64,000 nt of DNA from Eledone cirrhosa (GCA_964016885.1 OZ024743.1:348502001-348566000), one strand, 5' to 3'. Shown: positions 28,026-41,681, counted from the first letter of the stretch. Translations and numbers: made by a program. The notes: generated by a model not told the origin, from the sequence alone.

Positions 28026-28028
<3 letters not shown>
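26060..28028 (-). mobile_element. 5'-truncated Penelope-like element (RT C-half + GIY-YIG) with inverted 3' end
   Basis: GAAIGVSIAGDVANLFM, YSRYVDDI, LPVLD; NVVYSIIC...YIGETARSIGERI..H; frameshifted; 27912-27988 is an inverted copy of 26060-26138. Confidence 0.92.
26275..26315 (-). ncRNA. Hammerhead core in the PLE 3' UTR (stems I/III decayed)
   Basis: Minus strand: CTGACGA t gttgca gatg tgcaac GAAA; same strand as the ORF; positional homolog of 44635-44677. Confidence 0.65.
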
Positions 28029-28102
<74 letters not shown>

Positions 28103-28179
28103 AATATATATATATTGTCAAGCTTTGTGTGTGTGTGAATATATATATATTCGCACACACACACACACATATATACATA

Positions 28180-28226
28180 CATGTCGAAACGGCCGGAGCT
28201 CAGCCGTCGGGGTCCTGACACTTTCC

Positions 28227-28228
<2 letters not shown>
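28180..28228 (+). ncRNA. 3' half of a hammerhead (repeat family)
   Basis: tgtc GAAA cggc cggagctca gccg TC ggggtcc. Confidence 0.55.
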
Positions 28229-28270
<42 letters not shown>

Positions 28271-28271
28271 T

Positions 28272-28355
<84 letters not shown>

Positions 28356-28422
28356 TGTGTGTGTGTGTGTGTGTTTATACATATATAACGAAAATAAATC
28401 TCAATTTTGAAAAGCATAAGAA

Positions 28423-28466
28423 CTGCGAAACCGGCATAGTACGAGCGAAACTATCGATAGTCAGGA
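28423..28466 (+). ncRNA. Degenerate hammerhead-like motif
   Basis: gc GAAA ctatcgatag TC agg with palindromic stem III; 5' core degenerate (ctgcgaa). Confidence 0.4.
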
Positions 28467-28494
28467 ATAGAGGAATTTTGTTATAGTTTATATG

Positions 28495-28750
28495 CATTTA
28501 TTCTTCAAACTTACATTTTAGACGTAGCTCCGTTTAATTGATTATTTGTCTAGTTAATTTCTACGGGCGAAGAAGAAAGACTGGGTAAATTTTATCTGAC
28601 TATTCCTCGCATGGGATAGTCTGTATCATTTATCTGTTATTTCTTCGAAGTTACATTTTAAACTTACCTCTGTTTAAATGATTATTTATCTAGTTGATTT
28701 CTACGGACTAGGGTGAAGAAAAGTTGGGTATATTTTATCTAACTGTTCTT
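28495..28750 (+). repeat. Diverged ~135-bp tandem duplication
   Basis: ttacatttta...gattattt.tctagtt.atttctacgg...gaagaaa...tgggta.attttatct occurs twice. Confidence 0.75.
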
Positions 28751-28772
28751 TAAACTTGCAATTATATATATA

Positions 28773-28866
28773 TTCTGTTATTTTAATAAATATTTGCCCT
28801 ACGGTTCTTATATATTTGATATATATTTATCCTTATCGAGCCCTCTTTGGATTTCAGTCTTCAAAT
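28773..28866 (+). mobile_element. 3' tip of the Naiad-type pLTR
   Basis: Matches 15898-15990 and 51895-51988; followed by (TAT)n. Confidence 0.8.
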
Positions 28867-28876
28867 TTATTATTAT

Positions 28877-28922
<46 letters not shown>

Positions 28923-29403
28923 ATAATATATATATATGTACAGATATATATATATATATATCTGTAGATTGCGTGTGGAAAATAAAATTCTTTTGGTGCC
29001 CGGTTACACAGATACTCCTCCCACACCCAACAAGACCCCTTAAATTGGTTTGGACATCATCCAAGATAAGGGAAAACGCTGATGTTAAAACTAAGACTCG
29101 ATGGCAGTCTGTTTTTCTTTTTGGATACGTATCACCATTGCTCAAAGACTCGGATATGTCCTGTGCAGGACCCTTTTTCAGTTAAAAAAGCTTCATAAAC
29201 ACACTCACTTGATCTAATTATCCTTCACATGTCCTGCATGATTGGTCGTAACCGAAAAATGATTTTTTTCTTCGATGCAAAAAAGTAATGTAACTACTTG
29301 GCCGGGCTGGAAATGTTGTTCGAGGCATCTGTGTATGAGAAAATGATCAAGTAATAGTACGTCTCAAAACCGCGATGTAGTATGTACGTATGTATGTATG
29401 TAT

Positions 29404-31932
29404 GTTCTTCTGGTTTTATAATTTCACAAAGTTTTACCAATAGAGAGAGAGTCGGTTTCTAACATAGACACAATACTCTCTCATTGGAATTTACACAACA
29501 TCAACTAGGTAGATATGTATGCATATCTGCATGCATGCATGTGTAGATATGGATGTTATTGTATGTGTGGATGTGGATGTTTTCAGTTGTATGTGTGCAT
29601 GTGTTTATGCTTTGTATGTGTACATGTGTATATGCAGTTATTAGATGCAACATTTTTGGAATTTTTTACATACTTTTACTGTTCCATTAATGGATTGTAC
29701 TTGTAATTTCCTAACTAGTTGTGTTCTTTCTGTTCCTGTGAAGTCTAGCTTCTCAAGATTTGTATTTAGGCAGTTACTAACATACCCCAGTGCCCCAATA
29801 ATCACAGGCATACATCTGAAGGTGTAATCAGGGTGGAGTATCTGCAGATTTCTCATCAGTTTTGCATAAATATTCTCCTATTCACTAATCTTTGATATTA
29901 TATTGGCATCTGCTGGGCAGCTAATTTCCACTACAGTGCATGTTTTCTTCTCCCTGTCCCATATCATAATATCTGGTCTGTTATGCCTGCATTTTATTGG
30001 TGTTTTTACTGGAAGATTCCACCAGTACTCTTTCATATTATGTACATGGATGTCTTCCACATTGTTGTAGCTGTTAATGTGTTTATTATCGGGGCTATCA
30101 TTTTTACGAACTACATTGTACAGTGTTTTGGCCACTACATCACGCCTCATAGGTAGATAGTACCGCGATGACATCTTTGGACAGCTGCTGATGACCTGGG
30201 AGATATCCTCGATGTTAGTTCTGCAGAGTCTGCACTTGTTATCACATCTAGGTGTTTTGCCTGCATCCCTATCTCTTTTGTGAATCAGGTATTTCGTGCT
30301 AATCCCCTGTTCCTGGATTGCAAAAGCGTATCTTTCAAAGTGGGAGCCAGTATAGCGGTTGTTGGTCCAAGATAGACTACTTTCCTTATCTATATTACTC
30401 TCACTCTGGAGCTTCCTGGAAACATATCCATGCATGATTTTTTGCTGACAGGCATGAAGATTTTCATCAATGGATTCACTGCGATACTGCTGAGCGACAT
30501 CCCTGTGTGTGAGTTTTTGATTATCACACAGGCAATATCTCTCAAGGAGTTCCTTACCAACTTTCATGATCTTTTTTTTTTGTTTCATGCAGATAGACTT
30601 GCTCGAGAAACGGGCTCCTACGCTTCGAGGTTCGTAGATGTTGTCGGAGAGATATGATGCGACATTCAAATGTTGTCTGGACTGATGTCAGGCCTCTGCC
30701 TCCCTGCTTAAGTTTCAAGTAAAGGCGGTCTATGTCACTGTTGATGCGGAATTTTCCGGTGTTGTCCAGTATTTTTCGAGTTCCAACATCAACGGCTCGG
30801 ATTTCGTCTATCGTCCGATTGAGTATTCCAAACGTTGATGTTAGGACAGGCACAGCAAACACATTGTGAGCCACTGTTTTGTTTTGCGCAGAGAGTTCCG
30901 ATGACCAGATCTTTCTTAATCGGGTGTAGTATTCCCTGGTTACGCATTCTTTATTACAGATACCATTATAGGATATGTTCTCATCTATCCCCAGGTATCT
31001 GTAGCAGTCCTCATCAGATATCGGTGAAACAGTTAGACCATTGATGACAATGTTGCTAGATTGGGTTGTTGTTTTTCCCCGCTTTACAGTCATGTATGGG
31101 CATTTATCTTGGCCAAACTCAATTCCTATATCCTTTAAGAACGTTGTAACCAGGTCAAGATTTTTCTTCATCCCATCCATGCTCTTGGCATAGAGTTTCA
31201 GATCGTCCACAAAAAAATTATGGGTTAGGTTCGTATTTCTGTCCTCCTGTGTGCCAATGATGTATCCCTCACATTTCTTGAGCAGAAAGGACAAGGGGTT
31301 TAATGACAAGATGAACAATATCACAGAGAGACTGTTCCCCTGAAATATACCCCTGCAATATTTTATTTTATCAGTGAAAATAGAGTCCTCCCTCTCTGTC
31401 TTTAACCTTAGGATAGTAGCCCAAGAAGAAGACAGCCTCTCTATGGCTCTGACAATAATGTGTGGGACTTTAGCAAGTTGGAGGGCCTCTATCATCCAAG
31501 AGTGGGGAACAGAATCTAAAGCTTTCCTGTAGTCCAGCCAGACTGTAGTCATATTCCTCCTAAGTTGTCGCACCCCCGACATCGCAGTTTTGTTGATTAG
31601 GAGTTCTTCAGCACATCCCCAAACCCCCTTCTTTCCAGCTGCTTGTTAATCTGTGATGATGTTATTATTTTCACAGTGATCTTGGAGGAATAGGTTCAGG
31701 CAGGCTGTATACATCTTATACATCAGGTTCTGGCATGCAAAGGGTCGGTAGTTTTTGCCAAGTGGGTGTCTTTGTTCTTGGGGACCAGTACCGTTTGTGC
31801 TAATGTCAACCATTCTGGTATAAGTGTATCTCCCTTAACAACTTGTTGGTAGAGGTCAATAAGATACCTCCGATAGAATATTAGTTTTTTGTACCAGTAG
31901 CCGACAATCATGTCTCTTCCTGGTGTTTTCTT
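29404..31932 (-). mobile_element. 5'-truncated R4/Dong-type LINE (RT + CCHC + restriction-like endonuclease), frameshifted, in (CATA)n
   Basis: WLDYRKALDSVPHSW, GIFQGNSLS, FFVDDLKLY, CRLCRTNIEDISQVISSC, RPDIMIWD, VEISCP, PVIIGALG; (TATG)n on both flanks. Confidence 0.92.
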
Positions 31933-32069
31933 ATGTATGTATGTATGTATGTATGTATGTATGTATGTATGTATGTATGTATGTATGTATGTATGTATGT
32001 ATGTATGCATGTGTGTATGTATGTATGTATGTATGTATGTATGTATGTATGTATGTATGTATGTATGTA

Positions 32070-32830
32070 TGAACATTTTCATCAAAAGTGAATTCGCAGA
32101 ATACACTGTATCCATTGGCGAGTGTAGAAGTGCTTGAAATAATTCGTTTTCAAAGTATTGAATCTGACATTATTAGAAAATGGACTGCGCTGGAACGGCC
32201 ATGTTGAAAGAATGCCAGATCATTAAACAGTTTCTATGCGAGTAGTAAGTCAACGGCAAATGGCTAAGATATGAACCAAAACTCAGGCTCAAGATAGCAT
32301 CAAAACAGTTATGATAAAAACAAAAATCAGAGAAGGTAACTTGGAAGAAGTTGTCTTAAAACGATAATCTTCGAGGAAAGTAGTGTTTAATGGAAAAGGG
32401 GAATTTGGAAAACTCGTATGGAAACTTGAAACATTAAAGAAGGTATCCGTAAGGTTTTAAACGATATTACATCATCTGGATTTTCAGATGCCCAAATTGT
32501 TTCGTGTGTAATGAGAATGATCGTATTTGCCTCAGTAAAGCTGGTCTTAAATGTTATTATAGAAGCCATTTGCCGATTATGGTTTCCGTTGCGTTTCATC
32601 TTGTCGGAAGGGTGGAAAACTATGTATCTCGGTGGAGGACCACAACGTAATTTGAAAACTAGTCAGAACAAAGCAAGGAACAAATGTGAAAGTAATGTTC
32701 AGCACTGCAGCCTAGGCAAAAAAGAATGTAAATCCTTGAAGTGTAAAATTGTCATTCTCATGCCAGCCATATGTGCGAGAGGATTGTGGCAATGCTTGAA
32801 ATCAAGATGCAGCCATCATGTATGTATGGA
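32070..32830 (+). mobile_element. Decayed RTE LINE 3' end with (TATG)n tail
   Basis: LRWNGHVERMPD at ~32184; ends gcagccatcatgtatgtatg. Confidence 0.75.
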
Positions 32831-33838
32831 TGTATATATGTACGTATGTATGTATATATGCATTTATGAAGCGATAGCTGTCACATAGGATGGCTCAGCA
32901 TGACAATACAAACTTTAGTAGATATCTGTTGACGAAGCTAACCTGTTATATTTGCATATACAAGTAGAGCAAGTTACAGATGTGTGTTATACATTTAGCT
33001 ACACACATATCAAGGTACTGAAGAAACCGCCGACTTTTCACGTAATTGAATTTACCCTGGATACTTTTTGTTGTTAAGCTCTGTTTGATTTTGAGCGTTG
33101 CTTCCTGCGTAGAGCCTTTTAAAAATTGAAGTAACATTTGTCACTCCAAGTAGACGAATTAGATTTGTCTATCAATGGCTGTTGATGGAGTCCCTCCAGA
33201 TTTATCAACTTCTGTTATATTTGAAGAAGGTTGACGAGGATAAATTCCTAATACACACATACACAAGTACATATGAATATATCTAAGTTATCTATATTTA
33301 TTTTTATTTTTCTCTCTCTCCCTCTCTCACTCTCTCTCTCTATATATATATATATGTATTATATATACACGCGCACACAACCACACACGCACACATAGTC
33401 ACACACACACTCATATGTATATATATATACATACATAGCTACCTCCTTGTATATCTTAATATCTGTGTTTCTCTCTCTGTATTCTAGTCCCGTCAATAAA
33501 GATAGCCCTTCTGTTCACAGCTCATTACCTCAGTCTCACCCTACAAATCAAAAACAATCGTAATTGTATTCAACAAATATTTTAGTGCCCCTGGTGTTCA
33601 TCTTACTTACGTTATTGCGTGATTGTCAGATTGCTACAATACATTATGTTTTACGTAGTTTAATCACGCATACATATGTGCGTGAGTAAATAAATATATA
33701 CATATATATATATATGAATATATACATATTATATATCTATGTATATGAACAAACACACACGTACAGACACACACACACACACACACACATATAAATAAAT
33801 ATATATATATATATATTTATTTAAATAAATACACATGC

Positions 33839-33921
<83 letters not shown>

Positions 33922-34020
33922 ATATATATATTTATATACTTATATACTTATATATATATATAAATAAATACACACACACACGTACACACAGACACACACA
34001 CACACACAAGCACACACACG

Positions 34021-34056
<36 letters not shown>

Positions 34057-34154
34057 TATATATATATATGCAGTCAGCATACTTACATTCATATATTCGT
34101 ATATACATACATACATACATACATACATACATACATACTCACACACATATGTCC

Positions 34155-34465
34155 GTAAAGGCATGGGGCTTAGTGCATGATGCGTTGTTCACGATCGTGA
34201 GTTCAATTCCCGGACAGGGTGATACATTGGTATTTTGAAGAATATACTTTATCACAAGTTGCTCCATTTTAACTCAGCTATAGATTGCAATGTTTCAAAG
34301 ATGTATCGGTCTTTAACTTTCCATTGGACAACGTTTGTGGTGGGAAAAAAGGAGATTTGTATGCTTAGACGACTGCTTGTTTTACCAAAAAATTACCGCC
34401 GGGACTTGTAACTCGGCGAGTATCTTTCTAGGAACAAAATCAATCGTCATTCGTGGCCGAACGCT
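34155..34465 (+). mobile_element. SINE family B, degenerate
   Basis: Colinear with 7168-7510. Confidence 0.7.
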
Positions 34466-34479
34466 GTTTATCCCTTCCC

Positions 34480-35830
34480 TGCTCCTGACCCCGCAGCCAC
34501 TCATGCACCCACATCACCTACACCACCAACTGCCAGGAACCCAACGGACAGTTCCTCCTGGTCTGATATTGCTTTCACTGCACCTGTTCTAGCCTTGTCT
34601 ACGGACTCCGCCGCACCGAGTGCGGTGTGACCTATGTCAGACAGACGAGACGCTGTTTGGCCGACCTGTTCGCCGAACACCTATGCGACATCCGTCTCGG
34701 CTCGTGTTCCCCTATCGCTCGACATTTCTGCTCAGCCGGGCATTTCGTTTGCAATTTGATTGTCTGTGGCCTGATTGCGTGCACTGGAACCACGGATGTC
34801 CGACCGAGGGCCGAACAACCCACGATTTTCCAACTACTGATATGCACCGACTCTGGTTTGAACTCTCCATCCTTCTTCCTTATCCCTCCCCCCTGACTGA
34901 CACCACTAGCCAACGCCGACCACCACCCAACACTACCGACTGCTAACTTCACTCACCTACCTAACCCACCTCCCCTTAGTCCACACATACACACACCAAG
35001 ATCCATACAGAAGCATACACACGCACACACACACTTGTACCGTTTCCGCACCTACGCAACTACCCATCTTACACTAACCCACATCACCCATAGACACATG
35101 ACGCATTCACTTCTTTTAACCACACACACGCATATCCACACATGCACCCACACTTCAGCTCACACCGCCACCGGGTTTGACACGTTCTCATACCATCCGG
35201 GCCCCTCCATCCACACACACACATACACACCAACATGCATACTGGAATTATACACGTACAGACATATACTCCTCACCAACACATACACAATGTTTTATCA
35301 AAACCTACATTCACATACACTCGCCTCCTTCCAGACTCTCATACTTACACACACACAGACATATCTACACATACACACACACACACCTTACCTTCTGCCA
35401 TTCCAGACTGGACTCTGATTTTCTTGCTTCCCCCTACACTTTTTCTCCCCCTCTATACCCAACCCTATACACACTACCACACTCTTGCCATCCCGGACCG
35501 GTACACCCCTTCCACCCCCTTTATTTTCACTTTTTTTAAAATTCGGTTTTTATTTATTTTCCCCTTCTTTTTTGTTTTACTCCCTCTCGGAATTCCTCTC
35601 AACTTTCCTGATGGAGGACTTAAGTAACAAACGTCAACACCTCCTCCACTCCCGCCAAGCGTGAACCTAATGCAACTATGTACAACTGACTCCTGTGTTT
35701 GTTTGAACTTTTCAACTATATATATATATATATTTACATATATATTATTACATAGTGTAGCAATAATGGACTGAAATTCTGATGAAACAATTGTTAATAC
35801 ATGGATTAAATTCTTTTGTAACTGTTTACT
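34480..35830 (+). mobile_element. Penelope-like (Neptune/Poseidon-type) GIY-YIG relic plus CA-rich 3' region
   Basis: FHCTCSSLVYGLRRTECGVTYVRQTRRCLADLFAEHLCDIR...PIARHF. Confidence 0.75.
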
Positions 35831-35852
35831 TTCGTCCTATTTCTCTCTTCTT

Positions 35853-35897
<45 letters not shown>

Positions 35898-35901
<4 letters not shown>

Positions 35902-36083
35902 ATTAAACAAATGGAAACTATATTTATAAAACCATATTTATTTCATTATACATATTTCAGGGATACCATATTAAAAACATGGCATGCCTTCTTCAGATAA
36001 AATACAATATATAAGCAGTTTTATAAATAAATTTGACGTACCATAAAATATTGAAACTTCCATTTAAAAAAGTTGGTTTGGTA

Positions 36084-36085
<2 letters not shown>
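35898..36085 (-). mobile_element. Single-arm copy of the 223-582 palindrome family with hammerhead core CTGAAGA...GAAA
   Basis: Close match to 228-372; (TA)n on both sides. Confidence 0.85.
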
Positions 36086-36157
<72 letters not shown>

Positions 36158-36160
36158 ATA

Positions 36161-36270
36161 CAGGAAAAGAGTCAGAACCCCGACGGCAGAGCTCAAGCCG
36201 TTTCGACAGCTATTTCTGGACTCGAGTACTCTGGTGTGTTATGGACCACTAGGTTCCTTACTTCCTTTGT

Positions 36271-36271
<1 letters not shown>
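36161..36271. mobile_element. Bipolar mini-insertion (inverted hammerhead half + tail)
   Basis: Same family as 14220, 28180 and 40965; the two halves are in opposite orientation relative to the 41 kb copy. Confidence 0.65.
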
Positions 36272-36303
<32 letters not shown>

Positions 36304-36329
36304 CAAACACATACATATTCATACACGTT

Positions 36330-36860
36330 TATTTATTTGTTCTGCAAGATACTTGATATGAAACCGTGTGTTGAAACCAATATTGATATATTTGGGGATA
36401 GTCATGTTGCCAATATTTGTAGTGGAAAGATACACACGCACCATATAATTTGTGACTTCCTCAATTATTATCTGCGTTACGCCTCTTCATTTACCTGGTC
36501 TTAATCTTCTATTCCCCTTGTATTTGTTTTGTTATGCGGTTTTTTTTTGGTATTTCGTGTCTGCACATGCGTTTTCACCTGTATCCTCGTGTGTATGTAT
36601 GTAATACTAGAAATGTATTCTATATGATAAGATATACAGATGGGTGATGCAGAAACAAGTTAACCTCATACATACGAGAGACAGCTCGTGGTAGAGGAGG
36701 GATACTAAAAAAACACTCGCGAAAACTAACGGAGGAGAAGATCTCATCAGTGTTATACCAACATGCCTTACTAGAACACAAGGGTTTTATAGATAACATT
36801 GAAATAAAGATTCTATCCACACATGTAACTGACGCAACACGGAGGCTACGCACATAATAG
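36330..36860 (+). mobile_element. PLE relic: inverted tail plus GIY-YIG fragment
   Basis: 36663-36857 translates SYIRETARGRG...SVLYQHALLEHKGFIDNIEIKIL, homologous to the 26.7 kb endonuclease; not in the ORF track. Confidence 0.75.
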
Positions 36861-36889
36861 AATATAGTCATAAACTGAACAGGAAACAT

Positions 36890-37115
36890 GAGTTTGTGAG
36901 TTCGAATATTAGAACACTTATTTCCCTATGCACTAATACAATTATTTCTTGAAATGAGTTGCGACGTCGCTGCTGCTAAGCTGTATCGGCCATTGCCTTT
37001 CCCTTTTACGGCATCGGTGGCGTGGAGTGGGGAGTCGTGCATGCATGGGCAGCTGATGATCTTCTACAAGCACACCTTGCTCGGTCTTGTGCCTCCTAGG
37101 GGATCTTATAGGGGG
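36890..37115 (+). mobile_element. SINE family B, partial
   Basis: gaaatgagttgcgacgtcgctgctgctaagctgtatcgg matches 7306-7345. Confidence 0.7.
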
Positions 37116-37400
37116 TTTAAGATACGATATATGGAGAATTGGTTTATAAAAGAAAAAACAAGAGTCTCTAGTTCAAGAAATTACACAAAGAAGTTCCAAC
37201 AATTATTTCAATAATCAGAGCGTGATAGATTCTAATTATATATAATATCGTATTATATTTTTGTCTGAAGGGAAACATTGTTTCATTACGTCTGACATTA
37301 TTCTTTATATATATATCCCCCACTCTCAAACGTGACCCTAATACAAAAACTGTTCGTAACTGTACTCGTTGTTATTGTTTTATTTTTATTTTTTACTTTA

Positions 37401-37452
<52 letters not shown>

Positions 37453-38120
37453 GGGGTGTATATGTGTGTGTGAGTACGTACGTGCATGTGTGTTTGTGCA
37501 TGTCTCTGTTTGTGTGAGTATATGTGTGTGTGTGTGCGCGTGAGTGCGTGTGTGTGTCTCTTTGTGTGTGTGTATGTGTGTGTGTTTAAGTATGATTATT
37601 GCATCAAATCTGTCTACCTCCTATGGAAGTTGTTACACTATTCTTTTCAGCTCGTGACTAAAGAGCATGATAACTGCCTATGAGAAATATAATTTTCTGA
37701 CTTATATATGACATATATACGTTATATTTTATTTGTTTGTCTTACAAAATGTTTAGCTTTATCATGTACCAAATGCGCTACATGCCAAACATATAAATGA
37801 AAAAGTAAATTCGGAATTTTGAACATCATCGGAATTGATTACCGATTCTCTGTTTTCAATACTAAGCAAAATAAAAAGAATCATGTAAGCAGTGTTGTAA
37901 TATGTTGTAAATGACTAAGTAAATCCCACGGTGACAAATTTCTGATATATAGGTTACACAATGCCATAATTGAAACACTATGGTGAACTTTTACAATGTA
38001 GCACACACATTTTCCCGCTGAACAACTTAAATATTGTAGATACATTGTTATGCTGAGCTATGCAAACGGAATTTGGAATATGTTTTTTTTTTTAATAAAT
38101 AATATTGAAAAAGCAAATTA

Positions 38121-38188
<68 letters not shown>

Positions 38189-38831
38189 CTGTGTGTGTGT
38201 GTTTGTGTGTATACATATATTAAGCTGGAAACAGTTTAAGAGAGACGGAAGCAATAAGCAGATATGAAGCTGCTCAGAAAGAAAATAACGACACATCATT
38301 CAATGTCTAGTAGTAATCTAAACATTTAAAAACAGTATGCTGAACAACTTTGATGTAACATGTGACTGTTGTGGCTATACTGATGTAATGATACATAGAA
38401 CTAGCGCTACGATTTTGCAAAGTTTGTAGTATTTACTAATATAGTTACAACCAAATGCATCTTTATCATTTTTATGTTGTTCAAGTATATTTTCCGTCAA
38501 TTATGAAATGCGCTATAGGTTGCTATTCACTCCAACATACAGCTTTTGATTGCCAGTAAAGCTATAGAATAGGAGAATAGACCTTGCAATTATTCTTTCC
38601 GGTCCATTAATATTTGAGGTCTAGTACCGCCAAATTCAATTTAGGCGTTCATTCTTGTCATGTACTTCGGTCGTTTTAATCGAAATGTGGCACTCCTCAG
38701 ATTTCGTGTGTGTGTGTGTGTATGTGAATGAGTGTGCATGTGTGTGTGTGTGTGTGCGTGTGAGTGTGTGTGTGGTTGTGTGTGTGTGTGTGTGTGGGTG
38801 TGTGTGTGTATGTGTGTGTGTGTGTGTGTGT

Positions 38832-38875
<44 letters not shown>

Positions 38876-38999
38876 GACATGCGTGCATAAGAAAAGCAAC
38901 GGATTTATTACGCTGCCTGTCCAATCGTTAAACAAAATCAATTATAGATTTCAGTCCCCGTTTCTAGTATACCATGTTTATTTATGGATGTCTTTGTGC

Positions 39000-39560
39000 G
39001 GCCGATGTTCATCATAGATATCCCAGTATTAGAACAGAAGTCTAATAAGGTGACTCCATTCGAAGCAGTTGGAGAAGTTCAAGTAGCTCGGGGCCATGTT
39101 CACGAGTGGTGGAAGTGAGGAAGCTGAATTAAGTACAAAGAATGCAGTGATGCGCCAGCTTCAGAATTCAGTATCAGACGAAAGGAGTTTGATGTAAAAG
39201 ACAAACTTGCTATCTTCAGAGTTTCCCTAGGTAGTGTTACTGCTTCTCTGAATTGAGAGATGACAGCTCTGAGACTACTAACATGTGGTTAAAATACCCC
39301 AGGAAAGAATGTATGTTTGGACATATTATTTTACAGGCAAAACCATCTGACATGAGATCCAGGGGGTGGATTCCGAACAGATTGGTTGGATAACATCTAT
39401 GAACCCATACACACATACTAACACACGGTGTCATAACCTGACACCAATTCCAGACGCTACCAAATACCATACCATCCCACCAAGTGGGTTCACTCCTCCA
39501 TGCCCTGTATGAACATCGTGGACTTCTGTCTGGCAATGCCTGCTAGTGGACATCTGGTTG
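39000..39560. pseudogene. Possible RTE LINE scraps
   Basis: Minus-strand SNGVTLLDFCSN (APE-like); plus-strand RSRG...WLDNI (RTE C-terminal-like). Confidence 0.35.
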
Positions 39561-40000
39561 ACCGTTCCCCTCTTTATATACACATAGCCCCCAACACACA
39601 CACGCACATAAATATCTATACACACTCACAATAGAACACACATGTATAAAAACACCAAACATACACACACATACACACATCATAAATTACATGAGTATAA
39701 TTAATAATGACTCTAAACAAATTCCAAGTGAAGAGGAAACTTAAAACAACCGTAATGAAATTCAACACTATAAGCAGAATTAACTTTCACACAGAATAGT
39801 GTTATTAATCAAGACTCAGCAACAAATGATCAGAATTATGTTGGCTCTGATGAACATATAGGATTTGCAGGTGCAGGTGACGAACTTTAGTCAGATCTGG
39901 AAACCACATGTTGAATTTTAGATAAGGGTTTGTAGGTATGAGTGGTCGAAAATGTATTTCTATTTTATCGGTGTTTGCATATGTGCATGTTTCTGTTGGT

Positions 40001-40063
<63 letters not shown>

Positions 40064-40186
40064 TGTATATATAATGTATTTTGCAATACACTTTATGCTT
40101 AATTAAAAGCATTTTGAAGACCGTATGCTATTGTTTTAAAGTAGTGACAAACTCACTTACTTTAATCTCAGCAAACAGGGGAGATA

Positions 40187-40231
40187 AGCCGACAAGGCAT
40201 TGTTTCGCATTTATTGATGCTTATCAAGGCT
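40187..40231 (-). ncRNA. Hammerhead ribozyme, U3-A8 variant (inverted copy)
   Basis: Reverse complement of 40531-40575 with one change in the stem III loop. Confidence 0.75.
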
Positions 40232-40530
40232 AACTAATCCCTCCTGTCTACTGAGATCACTGATGTTATATTCTTATAGAATTCTAGTAAATAATCACGA
40301 ACTGATTATACAGAGCGGTTGCCGGTCAGGCAGAAATTAAAAATTAGAATTGGAGCTCTGAAATAGCAATATATATATGAATGTATATATAATGTATTTT
40401 GCAATACACGTTATGCTTAATTAAAAGCATTTTCAAGACCGTATGCTATTGTATAATCAGTTCCTGATTATTTAGTAGAATGCTATAAGTATATAACATC
40501 AGTGATCTCAGTAGACAGGAGGGAGGAGAT

Positions 40531-40575
40531 AGCCTTGATAAGCATCAATAAATGCGAAACAAGGCCTTGTCGGCT
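40531..40575 (+). ncRNA. Type I hammerhead ribozyme with U3-A8 compensatory core
   Basis: agcc TTGATAA gcat caataa atgc GAAA caaggcctt GTC ggct. Confidence 0.8.
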
Positions 40576-40784
40576 TTTCTCCCCTGTTTGCTGAGATTTA
40601 AGTAAGTGAGTTTGTCACTACTCTAAAACAATAGCATACGGTCTTCAAAATGCTTTTAATTAAGCATAAAGTGTATTGCAAAATACATTATATATACATT
40701 CATATATATATTGCTATTTCAGAGCTCCAATTCTAATTTTTATATATATATGCATATATATATATATGCATATATATATATATA

Positions 40785-40834
<50 letters not shown>

Positions 40835-40862
40835 TGTATGTGTATATGTATGTGTGTGTTTC

Positions 40863-40909
<47 letters not shown>

Positions 40910-40961
40910 GTATATATATATATATCAATATGTGTGTGTGTGTGTGTATGTATATCAGAAT

Positions 40962-41115
40962 GGAGGCGATAGAAACCAGTTAGATCATTACTCACCAGAG
41001 TACTCGATACTTGGGGTAGTAGAGTGGATACTATGAAAAAATTCAGGACCCCGACGGCATGCTCCGGCCGTTTCAACAGCTAGATCCGAAATCATTTCAG
41101 GTATTTAGGGGGACA
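40962..41115 (-). mobile_element. Longest copy of the GAAAcggc...gccgTC hammerhead repeat family
   Basis: Minus strand: cccc ctaaata(degenerate core)...ctagctgtt GAAA cggc...gccg TC gggg, then tail. Confidence 0.6.
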
Positions 41116-41681
41116 GACGCTTCGTTTCATGATCTGCCAAATTCCACTTCTGCTCACTGTATCGAATGTTTTTATCTATTCAACGAACACCAGTACATTT
41201 ATCTTCCTCTCGGCCTTTTTCTTGAAGCTGCCTGAGAAAACTACCAATAGTATGGTGCTCATATTGGCTTTGAAGCCACAGTAGTTTCCTGGGAGGTGTC
41301 CCTCTGTGATGCATATGTATGGCCACTGCTATTGTTCGTTTTTCTTAGTGTTACACTTTTGAACTGTTGTTTTTACTCCACACGATAATATATTAACTTT
41401 TCGCTTCATTGAGTGCTTTGTGATTGCCCGAAACAAATCGAATAGTACATGTTGTACGGCACATATTACATATGTATATGATGCAACACTGATTCTTTGT
41501 TTCGACCAATATTTATATATATATATATATATATATATGCGTGTGTGTGAATGTATAAATACTACTACTGCATCTGGTGGTATTGCTTGTTGTGTGGGGT
41601 CTAATCACATTATTTACACAGATGAGAAAACTATATATTCTCGTCTGTTTTCAAGTCCAGTAGTCGCAAGCGGTGGGAAGG

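Larger units (their letters stand above)
40055..40740. mobile_element. Non-coding inverted-repeat element (PLE-pLTR/retrozyme-like) with two hammerheads
   Basis: 40055-40312 is the reverse complement of 40450-40710; extra partial copy at 40339-40450; (TA)n flanks. Confidence 0.9.
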
